The translations under genes were made by a program, and so were the position numbers. 64,000 bases of DNA from Eledone cirrhosa (Eukaryota): the NCBI GenBank assembly GCA_964016885.1, contig OZ024763.1:3162001-3226000 (forward strand). Reading direction: 5' to 3'. The notes under the pieces are model-generated. The model did not search any database. It was not told the DNA's origin and was given only the letters and a program-made list of their open reading frames with translations. Positions 51,696 to 64,000 of this stretch are shown one piece after another. Numbering within the stretch: the stretch's first letter is position 1; each line of letters begins with the position of its first letter.

Positions 51696-54600
51696 TAATC
51701 TCCACACACACATCTATATACATGTAGTGGTATATATTAAAATATACAACGAAGACAATGACACATCATAAGATTTCCTGTACAATTGATTATATATACA
51801 GACACTGGTGTTTGTGTGTATATATATATATACATTAGTAGACACTGGTGTGTATATATATACAGGGTGTCCCAAAAATGTATACACACTTCAACAGCAT
51901 TCTAATTGAAGTGTGTATACAATTTTTGGGAACACCCTGTATTTCTGGGAGTGTAGAAATGTAAAGCAAGGTCGCTCTTTTGTTATATTACATTCTCTCG
52001 CACTCGTAAACATTTATACACTTATATACACATACGCACATACTTATATATACGTAAGATATACGCACACACATATATATATGCGTATATACGTACATAC
52101 ACACATACACACACATGATTATATATAATATACATGTACACACACACACACATACATATATAAACATACAAGCATATACACACGTAGATATCCATACATG
52201 CACACATACTCACATATACAGATTCAGACACGTATATATATGTGTATACACACACACAAATTTATATACACACATATTCACACACACACACATATATATA
52301 CACACATATTTACACACACAGACATATTTATATATACACACACGCACACATTCACATATATTCATACACACACACACACACTGACATGTGTGTGTGTTTT
52401 ACTTTCATTTTCTCTCGTGTCTTCAGTTTTCTTATTCCATTCACACCATAGATATAGATATATTACCAATACCACTTTCGATCTCAGATCTTTATTTTAT
52501 CGATCCCACCTGGAAGCTGACCTCGACGAACATTTGAACACAGATAGTAAAGGGACGTAACTCATCAGCGCAGCGCACTCCATTTCGTCGGACACTCTAC
52601 CGATTCTGGGTTTTAGTTAATTTGATTAAACAACAAATTGGTGAAATGAAATTTAGATAGGATTTTAAAAATTATTTCTTTGTCAGTTAAATAGAAAAAC
52701 CCTGAATTTATTGTCGAGATTATAACAACACAATTTTTATACGTGTCAGAAAATTGTATTCTAGTAAGTGGTAAGAAATTCTCAGGAGAGCTGGACAGCA
52801 GAAAGTCTTGAGTGTTTCGACCCTTAACTTATATATATATATCATCATCACCATCGTCGTCGTTTAATGTCCACTTCCATGCTAGCATGGCTTAGACGGG
52901 TTGTCCCATTTGAGGTAAGTTGGGTCAGGTGACTGTGTCTTGCTCATACAGAATTGTTTCTGGCGAGATTTCTACGGCTAGATGCCCTTCCTAACGCCAA
53001 CCACTTTACAGTGTGTGCTGGCTCCCTTTTGTTGTGACACCTACATGACCACCTTGCCGTGTGTGCTGGCTCCTTTTTGTTGTGACACACACCTACATGA
53101 CCACCTTGCAGTGTGGACTGGGTACTTTTTGTTGTGACACCTACACAACCACCTAACAGTGTGGACTGGGTGCTTTTTGCAATATATACAAGGTGTCCCC
53201 CAAAATTGTATACACACTTTAACAGCATTCTAATAAAAGTGCATATATATTTTGGGGGGTACACCCTGTATGTATATATTAGAATGGTAAGAAATTTTCA
53301 GAAGAGCTGGACAGCAGGTCCTCAGAGAACCCCCCCCCTTTCTATCTGAGGGTAACATAAACACCACCACCACCACTACCATCTTCTATCTGGGGGTAAC
53401 ATAAACACCACCACCACCATCTTCTATCGGAGGGTAACTTTTTACAAGGAGCATTGTTGTGGTGGTGATGGTAGTTGTTGTGGTGGTTGTTGTAGTGGTG
53501 GTGGTGGTGGTGGTTGTTAATGTGGTGATGGTGGTTGTTGTTGTGGTGGTGGTGGTGGTTGTTATTGTGGTGATGGTGGTTGTTGTGGTGGTGGTGGTGG
53601 GGGGGGTTGTTGTGGTGGTGGTTGTGGTGGTGGCAGTGGTGGTGGTGGTGGTGGTTGTGGTGGTGGCAGTGGTGGTGGTGGTTGTGGTGGTGGTGGCGGT
53701 GGTTGTTGTTGTGGTGGTGGTGGTGGTGGTTGTTGTCGTTGTTGTGGTGGTGGTGGTTGTGGTGGTATTGGTGGTTGATGATGATGATGGCAATGGCTAT
53801 TTTATTTTTATTTCTAACTGACATTCTATCTTTTCTGTCCTAGGTGGCGCTCAGATCTGGCTCCCTGGGCCTCTGTTTTGGACTGGGTGTTTTACTTAGT
53901 ATTGCCGACACAACACTGGTCTATTTTGGTTGGTATGTGATGGTACTAAGCTTCTTCCACTGGTCTGAGTATTTCATGACGGCCGTCACAAACCCTCGTA
54001 GCCTCTCTTTGGAATCTTTCCTACTTGATCATAGTCGAGAATACAAACTGGCTGTTGTTAGCAGCTGGATAGAATATACTTTAGAATGGCTCTGCTTTCC
54101 AGGTAAGTAACTTTTATAACCGTTTAGCATTTAAACCGGTCGTATCCGGCCAAAATTCTCTCACCTCTTTCTGTTCAAACTAGTTGTAGCCGGCTGCTCA
54201 TACTGATGTTAAGGTATTGTTCTCAAAATAAATGATATCAAAATCTCATAGATTCAATATTATGTGAGATAAAGCTTTTACCATGAAAATATAATAGTAA
54301 ATATAGAGTAATGTTAAGGGTAAAGGGTTAACCCTTTAGCATTTAAACCAGCCGTATTTGGCCAGAATTCTCTCACCTCTTTCTGTTCAAACCGGCTGTA
54401 ACTGGCTGCTCATACCGCTTTTAAACCGACCGTATTTGGCCAGAATTCTCTCACCTCTTTCTGTTCAAACCGGCTGTAACCAGCTCCTTATCCAACTTTA
54501 AGGTATTGTTCTCAAAATAAATATCAAAATCTCAGATTCGATATTATGTGAGATATATATACATATGTATATGTCATACGTACACACACACACTCATATA

Positions 54601-56984
54601 TATCATCATCTATCTGGCTGGAGGAACTCGGGAGAGTCAACGGCCATCCAGTAAATGTTTTTATTTTCTGTGGAGTGAGAGACTCCTAGTCTTCATTAAG
54701 ACATCTCTCTAAGAGAAGGTCACTCTGATATAAAACCTTCGACTTCATTTGCATCCAATGATGTAGACCAGTTCTACCTTTTGGGGTAAATGTATTTGAT
54801 ATTCAGAGAGTGGGATTGGCTCTGTGCAAAGCCTTTCCTCACTTAAAAAAGCTTCAATCACAGGCATTGCTTGATATGTGACATTTTTGTCATGTATGGT
54901 ATTGCTGGCCATAGGGAAGTCTAGCAAGACTAAAAAGCCACATCAGAGGTACTCATGCCTAAGTATCAAGTGATGGCATTACTCGAATCAAGTTGCAGCA
55001 TCATCATATGCATATACAGGATTGACAAAATAAAGTACCAGTAACGCATTGGGGTCGATTTAATCGACTTTCCTCTTACCCAAAAATTGTTGACCTTGTG
55101 TATAAATCAGAAAGCATTATTATTGGCTTGGCAGTATCGGTAGAGGGTCGGACGCCATGCTTTCCAGCATAGTTACGTCCCTTTGCGGTCTGAGTTCAAA
55201 TCCCACCGAGGTTAACTTTGCCTTTCATCCTTACGGGGTCGATAAAATAAAGTACCAGTAATACACTGGGTAATTGATGGCCTTGTGCCTAAAGTAGAAA
55301 CAATTATTATTATTTTTGTCAAGGGGCAAGTATTACTATTATTATTATCCCGCCGAGGTTGACTTTGCCTTTCATCCTTACGGGGTTGATAAAATAAAGT
55401 ACCAGTAATGCACTGGGTAATTGCTGGCCTTGAGCCTAAAGTAGAAACAATTATTATTATTAATTATGTTCTATTTGTTACAGAGCTGAAGTTGCTAAGA
55501 TGGTTCTGTTACATTGGTCTAGCAATGGTAATCGGAGGTGAGATCCTCCGTAAATGCAGTATGTACACAGCTCGCTCCAATTTTAACCACTATATTCAGT
55601 ATATTAAGCAAGATGGACACACACTTGTCACTCGAGGAGTCTACTCGTTGTTTCGCCATCCAGCTTATGTTGGCTGGTTTTACTGGAGTATTGGAACGCA
55701 GGTGAGAAGAACTTTTTCTTACTTTCAGCTATACATCATCATCATCATCACCACCACCAACATCACCATCATCATCACCACCAACATCTTCATCACCACC
55801 ACCAACATCATCATCATTTAATGTCTATTTTCCATGCTAGCATAGGTTAAACAGGTTGTCCCATTTGAGGCAGGTCGGGTCAGGTGACTGTTTCTTGCTC
55901 ATACAGAACTGTTTCTAGCTTGGTTTCTAAGGTTAGATGCTCTTCCTAAGGCAAACCACTTTACAGTGTGGACTGGGTGCTTTTCTTCATGGCACATACG
56001 CAACTACTTCACAGTGTAGACTGGGTACTTTTTGTAGTGACACCTACACGACCTCTTTACAGTGTGGACTGGGTGCTTTTTGTAGTGACACCTACACGAC
56101 TACTTTACAGTGTAGACTGGGTACTTTTTGTAGTGACACCTACACGACCTCTTTACAGTGTGGACTGGGTACTTTTTGTAGTGACACCTACACGACCTCT
56201 TTACAGTGTGTACTGGGTGCTTTTTGTAGTGACACCTACTCAACCACTTTACAGTGTGGACTGGGTACTTTTTGTCGTGTCACCATCAATATATATATAT
56301 ATTCTAGGGCAGGTAAAATCCCCGAGATCCATGGACGAGTTCTCTCCAGCGGTCTCTGTCCCTCATTATCGCTGCCATGTCCTGCGTCTCCGAGAGACCA
56401 GTGCCTGTCCTTAGGGCATCAACATACGTTAACCTTGATCTTCCTCTTCCAGTGTGTCCATATATTTATGTAGCCTGGCCACTGATGTACATAGTGTCTG
56501 CAGAAATAAAAATTTGAAAGAATTTCACCTGCCCGGCCTCCTGTCATTTTACTCTCTCTATATATTTATATCATCATTCATTTCTGTTTAACGTGAATTT
56601 TTCCACGGTTGCATGGGTTAGACGGGTTGTCTATGCCGGGAGGCAAGTCTGGCCAGGGTTGGCCATGTGTAGCACCTTGTGCCGGCGAGGACTGTAAATT
56701 TGACTGGGTATTTTACAGCTGGATGCCCTTCCTAACACCAACCACGTTTACATACATTTTAAATGATTTCTTTTTCTTTTTCTTTCTCTTTCTCTTTCTA
56801 GCTGATTTTATGTAATCCTTTGTGTCTGGTGGGCTTCACAATTGTGTCGTGGCGTTTCTTTCAAGAAAGGATATATGAGGAGGAGATCTACCTGTTAAAC
56901 TTCTTTGGAGAAGAATATTTTAATTACCAAAAGAAGGTCGGAACCGGTCTTCCATTTATCAGTGGTTACCGGAGAGAACTTTAA
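50435..56984 (+). CDS. ICMT: Protein-S-isoprenylcysteine O-methyltransferase (STE14 family), 4 coding exons, 288 aa
   Basis: Exons 50435-50641, 53844-54102, 55484-55701 and 56802-56984 join in phase. Motifs: LSFFHWSEY, LSLESFLLDHSREY, NFNHYIQ...HTLVTRGVYSLFRHPAYVGWFYWSIGTQLILCNP, RIYEEEIYLLNFFGEEY...GLPFI. Confidence 0.96.
51861..51941. mobile_element. Tc1/mariner-like MITE of about 80 bp (copies 51497-51581, 53187-53270, 61253-61358)
   Basis: TA|CAGGGTGT...ACACCCTG|TA termini; almost the whole element is TIR. Confidence 0.8.
52842..53180 (-). mobile_element. RTE 3' UTR-derived repeat (representative; others at about 4636-4800, 7330-7765 (+), 19870-20195, 20410-20728, 48000-48410, 55735-56285, 56570-56750, 61376-61545)
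   Basis: Shared GATGCCCTTCCTAACACCAACCAC and CAGTGTGGACTGGGTGCTTTTT motifs plus a (CAT)n tail, as in the 10735-11240 UTR. Confidence 0.7.
53456..53790. repeat. (GGT/GTT)n trinucleotide tract upstream of ICMT exon 2
   Basis: Direct reading. Confidence 0.95.
53844..54102 (+). CDS. ICMT: ICMT exon 2
   Basis: VALRSG...FFHWSEYF...LDHSREY...EWLCFP; TAG/GTAAGT boundaries. Confidence 0.95.
55020..55462 (+). mobile_element. Three SINE family A copies or fragments abutting the ICMT exon 3 acceptor
   Basis: Same diagnostic motifs as the other family A copies. Confidence 0.8.
55484..55701 (+). CDS. ICMT: ICMT exon 3
   Basis: HxLVTxGVYxxxRHPxYxG SAM-binding motif; CAG/GTGAGA boundaries. Confidence 0.96.
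56802..56984 (+). CDS. ICMT: ICMT terminal exon
   Basis: LILCNP...RIYEEE...FGEEY...VGTGLPFI...TAA; preceded by a long pyrimidine tract. Confidence 0.96.
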   Translation: MILCNPLCLVGFTIVSWRFFQERIYEEEIYLLNFFGEEYFNYQKKVGTGLPFISGYRREL

Positions 56985-57039
56985 AAAGATTCAGCTTGAA
57001 TTCCTAGTAAGTGAAATGATAACAAATTATAAAGACTGT

Positions 57040-57385
57040 AAAGTACTAGTGAAAATAACAAAGTACTAAAGAAAATAACAAAGTACAAATGAAAATATAA
57101 AGTACTGTATAAAATATAAAGTACTATATAAAATTTGAAGTACTAAAGAAAATAACAAAGTACAAATGAAAATATAAAGTACTATATAAAATATAAAGTG
57201 CTAGTGAAAATATAAAGTACTATATAAAATATAAAGTACTAGTGGAGATTCGAAGTACTAAATAAAATACAAAGTACCAATGAAAATAAATATAAAGTAC
57301 TAAAGAAAATTTGAACAACTAGTGATGAAAATATGAAGTACTAAATAAAATACAAAGTACTAATGAAAATATATGAAGTATTAGA
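57040..57385. repeat. Degenerate AAAGTACTA...AAAATA tandem repeat of about 20 bp in the probable ICMT 3' UTR
   Basis: Direct reading; begins about 55 bp after the stop codon. Confidence 0.8.
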
Positions 57386-57719
57386 GAAAAAGAAAATATA
57401 TATATAAAAAAAAGAGGGTAAAGCCATCCTACTTTTTTATGTGTTAATTCATCGCTAAAAGCTCGAAGCTGACGACTGCTAAGTTTTGGACGAAGCTGCT
57501 TATTTAATTTGTTTGCAATTGAGACGTGGAACAAATCGAGTGAACTAATGAACTAATTAGGAGAAAAAAAACAAGAAAAAAAAACTATTAAGCCCACCCC
57601 AAGAGATGGCGGTAATGTATAGTTGATAACTCTGATGGTTAGAATAATTCTTAACATTATTCTGTTTTTTATTAATATTGTAAATTGTAGTTGATACATT
57701 CAGCTCAATGATACGTGTA

Positions 57720-59800
<2,081 letters not shown>

Positions 59801-60203
59801 TGTCTCTGTGTGTGTGTTTTTGCAATATTATTCTCGTGTAAATGATAGAACACTTTTTCTAATCAGGGGTTTTCTCTTGCATATCATATTTTCCCCTTAT
59901 TCGAGTGGGTTTACATATATATATGTAGACATATATATAATATATATATATACATACATACATATATATATGTATATGTATTCAATGACAAAAGACCAAG
60001 GTTAACAACTTAAGTTCATTCTTTAATTTCTACGTCTGTTTCAATACGGTTACAGTAGTAAATGCATATGCAAACAATTGTGAACACCATACATAATATA
60101 TATAACTGCAATTCTTCAGGAAAATATGAGAAGGAACAAAGTTTATATATTTATGTATATTGGCTTCTAGAACCAATTAACAATGTAGGGTGAGGTATAT
60201 CAG

Positions 60204-60240
<37 letters not shown>

Positions 60241-60967
60241 TCATCATCACAACATGGAGTCCTAACCACTAGACGATCACGGCCTATATATATGTATATA
60301 TGCAAGCGTGGAAGATGGACGTTAAACGATGATGATGATGATGATGATATATATTACGAGTTGCTGCGCGACAGCTGAGCTCTTGCCATCGAAACGGTAA
60401 GAGCTCAGCTGTCGAATAGTAACTACACTCTACTTTCTTAAGTATTGAGTACTAAGCTGAACAATGGTCTTAGCTTGTAACTCCCTATATATATATATAT
60501 ATGTGTATATGTGTGTGTGTGTGTATGTGCGTGTGTGTATATGTGTGTGTGTATGTATATGTGTGTGTGTGTCTGTGTATATATATATGTGTGTGGGTGT
60601 GTGTGTGTGTATATATATATATACACACACACACACATACATACACTTGGTTTAATATCATCACCGTGCAATATAATACACTTTACTAAACATTTACAAT
60701 AAGAGCAAAGTTTCAGAGTTGTGGGGTATGGAGTAGTGGGACTTAAATCTGCTTGGTCTCTCTACTTTAGACAGACCTTACATTTAGTAGTGGGTACTTA
60801 ATTCTACTTAAAAAGTTTTTAAAAATTGTTTATGACAGTGTATATTCTACACACAACAAGGCCCAGTCTCAACTGTAAATATATATTTTACACACAAGGC
60901 CTATTTTGTGGACATTACTGTATTTGCTGGCCTATTGGACACCCCTTTGTATAAGACGACCCCTAGT

Positions 60968-61104
60968 TGATTACACAATATAGTCTAATAATCAAGCATA
61001 TAAACCCAGTGAACAGAAAAAGATGGGTATCATGTGCGTTGAACCCTATCTTTTCCCATTCAGTGGCTTTATACACCCCATTATTAGACTATATTGTGTA
61101 GTCA
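60968..61104. mobile_element. Fold-back element (related, internally deleted copy at 20930-21025)
   Basis: TGATTACACAATATAGTCTAATAAT ... ATTATTAGACTATATTGTGTAGTCA arms with interior pairing; the copy beside the N gap shares the left arm and the downstream GTTAC...TTTCAAT flank. Confidence 0.55.
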
Positions 61105-61174
61105 GTGTTACGGTGAGGCTAATATTTCTGTTTCAATTATAAAACTTTGCTTTTTGCATTCCAAATATATTTCC

Positions 61175-61206
<32 letters not shown>

Positions 61207-62064
61207 TGTGTATATATATATATATATACACACACACATATACATATATACATAGAGGGTCTCCTCCCCAAAAATGTATACACACTTTGATGGCTGGTAC
61301 ATGCAATATTTATTAGAATGCTTTTGAAATGTGTATACGTTTTTAGGGACACCCTGTATATATTATATATATATACATCATCATTTTACAACCTGAGCAG
61401 TCCATGCTGGCATGGACTCGTCAGGTTTTCAAGCTCCAAGTTCTTATTTAAAACAGTTTGAAGGTTCATATCTCACCTGGTTTTTGCAGCTAAATGCCCT
61501 TCTTAACACCATGTTACTAGGTGTACTGGGTGTATTTTATCAGGTTGCAGTGTCCCCTTGCTTGACTTAACCCTTTAACATTTACATTATTCTATATATC
61601 CTATTGTATTTACATGGTAAAGGCTTTACTTCACATAATAGCGAATCTATGAGATTTTGATAGTATTTATTTTGATAACAATACTTTAACATCAGTATGA
61701 GCGGCCAGTTACAACTGGTTTGAACAGAAGGTGGTGAGAGAATTCTGGCCAGGTATGGCTGGTTTAAATGTTAAAGGCCTATGGATCTTTTCTCCTCTTT
61801 ATGGAAAAAATCTGAAATATTAATAAGCGAGGGAGGACAATTATTCAAAACTTGAGAGTATGTGTATATATATATATGTATATATATAATATATATATGT
61901 ATATCTATATGTTTATATATATATGAATATATGTATGTATTTGAATATGTATATCTATGTATGTATATATATGAATATATATATATCTGTATGTGTATAT
62001 ATGTGTGTGTGTATATATATATCATCATCATCATTTTACGTCCGCTTTTCCCTGCTTGCATATG

Positions 62065-62116
<52 letters not shown>

Positions 62117-62528
62117 AACACACATATATATATATGTATATATATATCTACGTATATATATATAATTGGAAATCAGTAAAATCCAATCTCTGGCGGTTTG
62201 CAAGTAAATTCGGCCTACTTATATGAAGTGATGAGTTTGCAAAGCACTCGATAAGGTAGGTCCTCAGAGTTATAACATACGTTTAAATAGCTTGACAAAT
62301 CGAACATTGTGGTAGACGAAACTAACACACAATATATACCAAAGTAACGATAGAACTAATCAGGTTATGTGTACATGTGTATGTATGTATGTATGTATGT
62401 ATGTATGTATGTATATATATATATGTACATATATATATATGTACGTATATATGTATGTATGTATATATGTATATGTATGTATATATGTATGTATGTATAT
62501 ATGTATATGTATGTATATATGTATGTAT

Positions 62529-62566
<38 letters not shown>

Positions 62567-62571
62567 GTATG

Positions 62572-62603
<32 letters not shown>

Positions 62604-62691
62604 TATATATATATGTATATATATATGTATGTATATATATATATGTATGTATAGAGATTACATGAAACAAAGTTCTGTTTAAATAATTTAT

Positions 62692-62740
62692 TTGCTTACA
62701 ATTGTTTCTTCCAAACCGAGGTTTGGAGTCTTCGGAGCAA
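62692..62740 (-). ncRNA. Minimal type I hammerhead ribozyme motif (U4C variant)
   Basis: Minus strand reads TTGCT-CCGAAGA-cTCCAAACC(tc)GGTTTGGAa-GAA-ACAATTGT-A-AGCAA with overlapping AATAAA. Stem III is a perfect 8-nt palindrome; GUA triplet. Confidence 0.65.
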
Positions 62741-62822
62741 TTATTCAGTGATTTTCAACATACTTGACCTCCTTTTCAACACAAGAGACATATATGTATG
62801 TATATATATATATGTATGTATG

Positions 62823-62915
<93 letters not shown>

Positions 62916-63074
62916 ATATATATATATATGTATGTATCATCATCATCATTTTACGTCCGCTCTTCTCTGCTCGCAAGGGTGGGACGGGTATATATATATA
63001 TATATATATACATATATATGTATATATATATATATACATATATATGTATATATATATATACACATATATGTATG

Positions 63075-63108
<34 letters not shown>

Positions 63109-63188
63109 TGTATGTATATATATATACACATATGAATGTATATATATATATACATATATTTATATATATATATATATATATATACATA

Positions 63189-63238
<50 letters not shown>

Positions 63239-63305
63239 TATATATATACACATATATATATATATACACACATATATATATATACACACACATATATATA
63301 TATAT

Positions 63306-63334
<29 letters not shown>

Positions 63335-63339
<5 letters not shown>

Positions 63340-63876
63340 TAACAAATGGAAACTATATTTATAAAACCATATTTATTTCATTATACATATTTGAAGGACC
63401 ACCAAGGCAAACTATGGTGTGCTTTCATCAGATAAAATATAATATAGATTAGTTTAAAAAATAAATATTGACATACCCTGAAAATATGCAACCATTCTGG
63501 TTGGAATCTCCTGGATAGTGGAGTTATTAGATTTATTGTTGGTTCATTATGCAAATTAGTGTCGGAAAGGTTAAATAACAGTATATTTAAATTAAACCGT
63601 TGGAATAGGGAAAAAAAAGAAAGAGAAAAAACGAAAGAAAGAAAGAGAAAAAACCTGAGTATATTTAAGTGACAGAGAATAGCGTAATTTTGAGAGTAGT
63701 GGCGAAGAAATAAATATAGCGTGAATATAGTATAATGAAATAAATATGGTTTTATAAATATAGTTTCTATTTGTTAATATATTGTATATTTACTCCAATA
63801 ATTTGTTGAGTGCTTTATACCAGTTATAAAAATATTTTGCTTGTTGTATCCCAACAAATGAAATATAACCTCTACA
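63335..63876 (-). mobile_element. Second, longer copy of the hammerhead-bearing (TA)n-embedded element
   Basis: Shares both inverted arms, the hammerhead and the 3' flank with 4195-4535, plus about 200 bp of extra interior. Confidence 0.6.
63374..63439 (-). ncRNA. Second copy of the 4237-4302 hammerhead, probably inactive (G12C)
   Basis: TATTTTAT-CTGATGA-AAGCACACCA...TGGTGGTCCTT-cAA-ATATGTAT-A-ATGAAATA; same flanking element as 4197-4535. Confidence 0.65.
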
Positions 63877-64000
63877 TATATATATATACACACATATATA
63901 TATATATATACACACATATATATATATATACACATATATATATATATATATATATATAGTTGATTCAGGGATTTACTGGTTGTGATACCAATATGAGCAC

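Noticed and set aside
53342-53843. Poly-Thr/His/Val/Trp ORFs (also 26745-27089)
   Set aside because: Trinucleotide repeats in an intron or intergenic region.
54745-54927. 60-aa minus-strand ORF in ICMT intron 2
   Set aside because: No recognisable motif or convincing splice sites; probably a decayed repeat fragment.
57465-57503. CTGACGA...GAAG hammerhead-like string in the ICMT 3' region
   Set aside because: GAAG instead of GAAA, no UH site and poor stem II.

Overview
AT-rich, intron-rich animal genomic DNA saturated with (TA)n/(CA)n/(CT)n microsatellites, minisatellites, tRNA-derived SINEs, RTE-type LINE 3' ends and MITEs. The repeat landscape looks like an octopus or other coleoid mollusc, which is an inference. 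Nearly all long ORFs in the supplied track are translated microsatellites. Three spliced + strand genes can be built by hand. (1) An uncharacterised Cys-rich gene, coding exons 1598-1910 and 9098-9639, about 284 aa. (2) PUS3/DEG1-type tRNA pseudouridine 38/39 synthase, with 12 visible coding exons over 12963-23310, no obvious start exon of its own, one exon probably lost in the 200-N gap, and an apparent +1 frameshift at about 22411-22420. (3) ICMT/STE14, 4 exons over 50435-56984, 288 aa. The most striking unannotated signal is a set of minimal type I hammerhead ribozyme motifs from four sequence-unrelated families, at 4237-4302 (sister copy 63374-63439), 25100-25137, 58408-58465 and 62692-62740. 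All lie on the minus strand in short islands inside (TA)n tracts, have a palindromic stem III and are followed by AATAAA, the signature of Penelope-like-element ends. A run of consecutive fold-back palindromes lies just downstream of PUS3.
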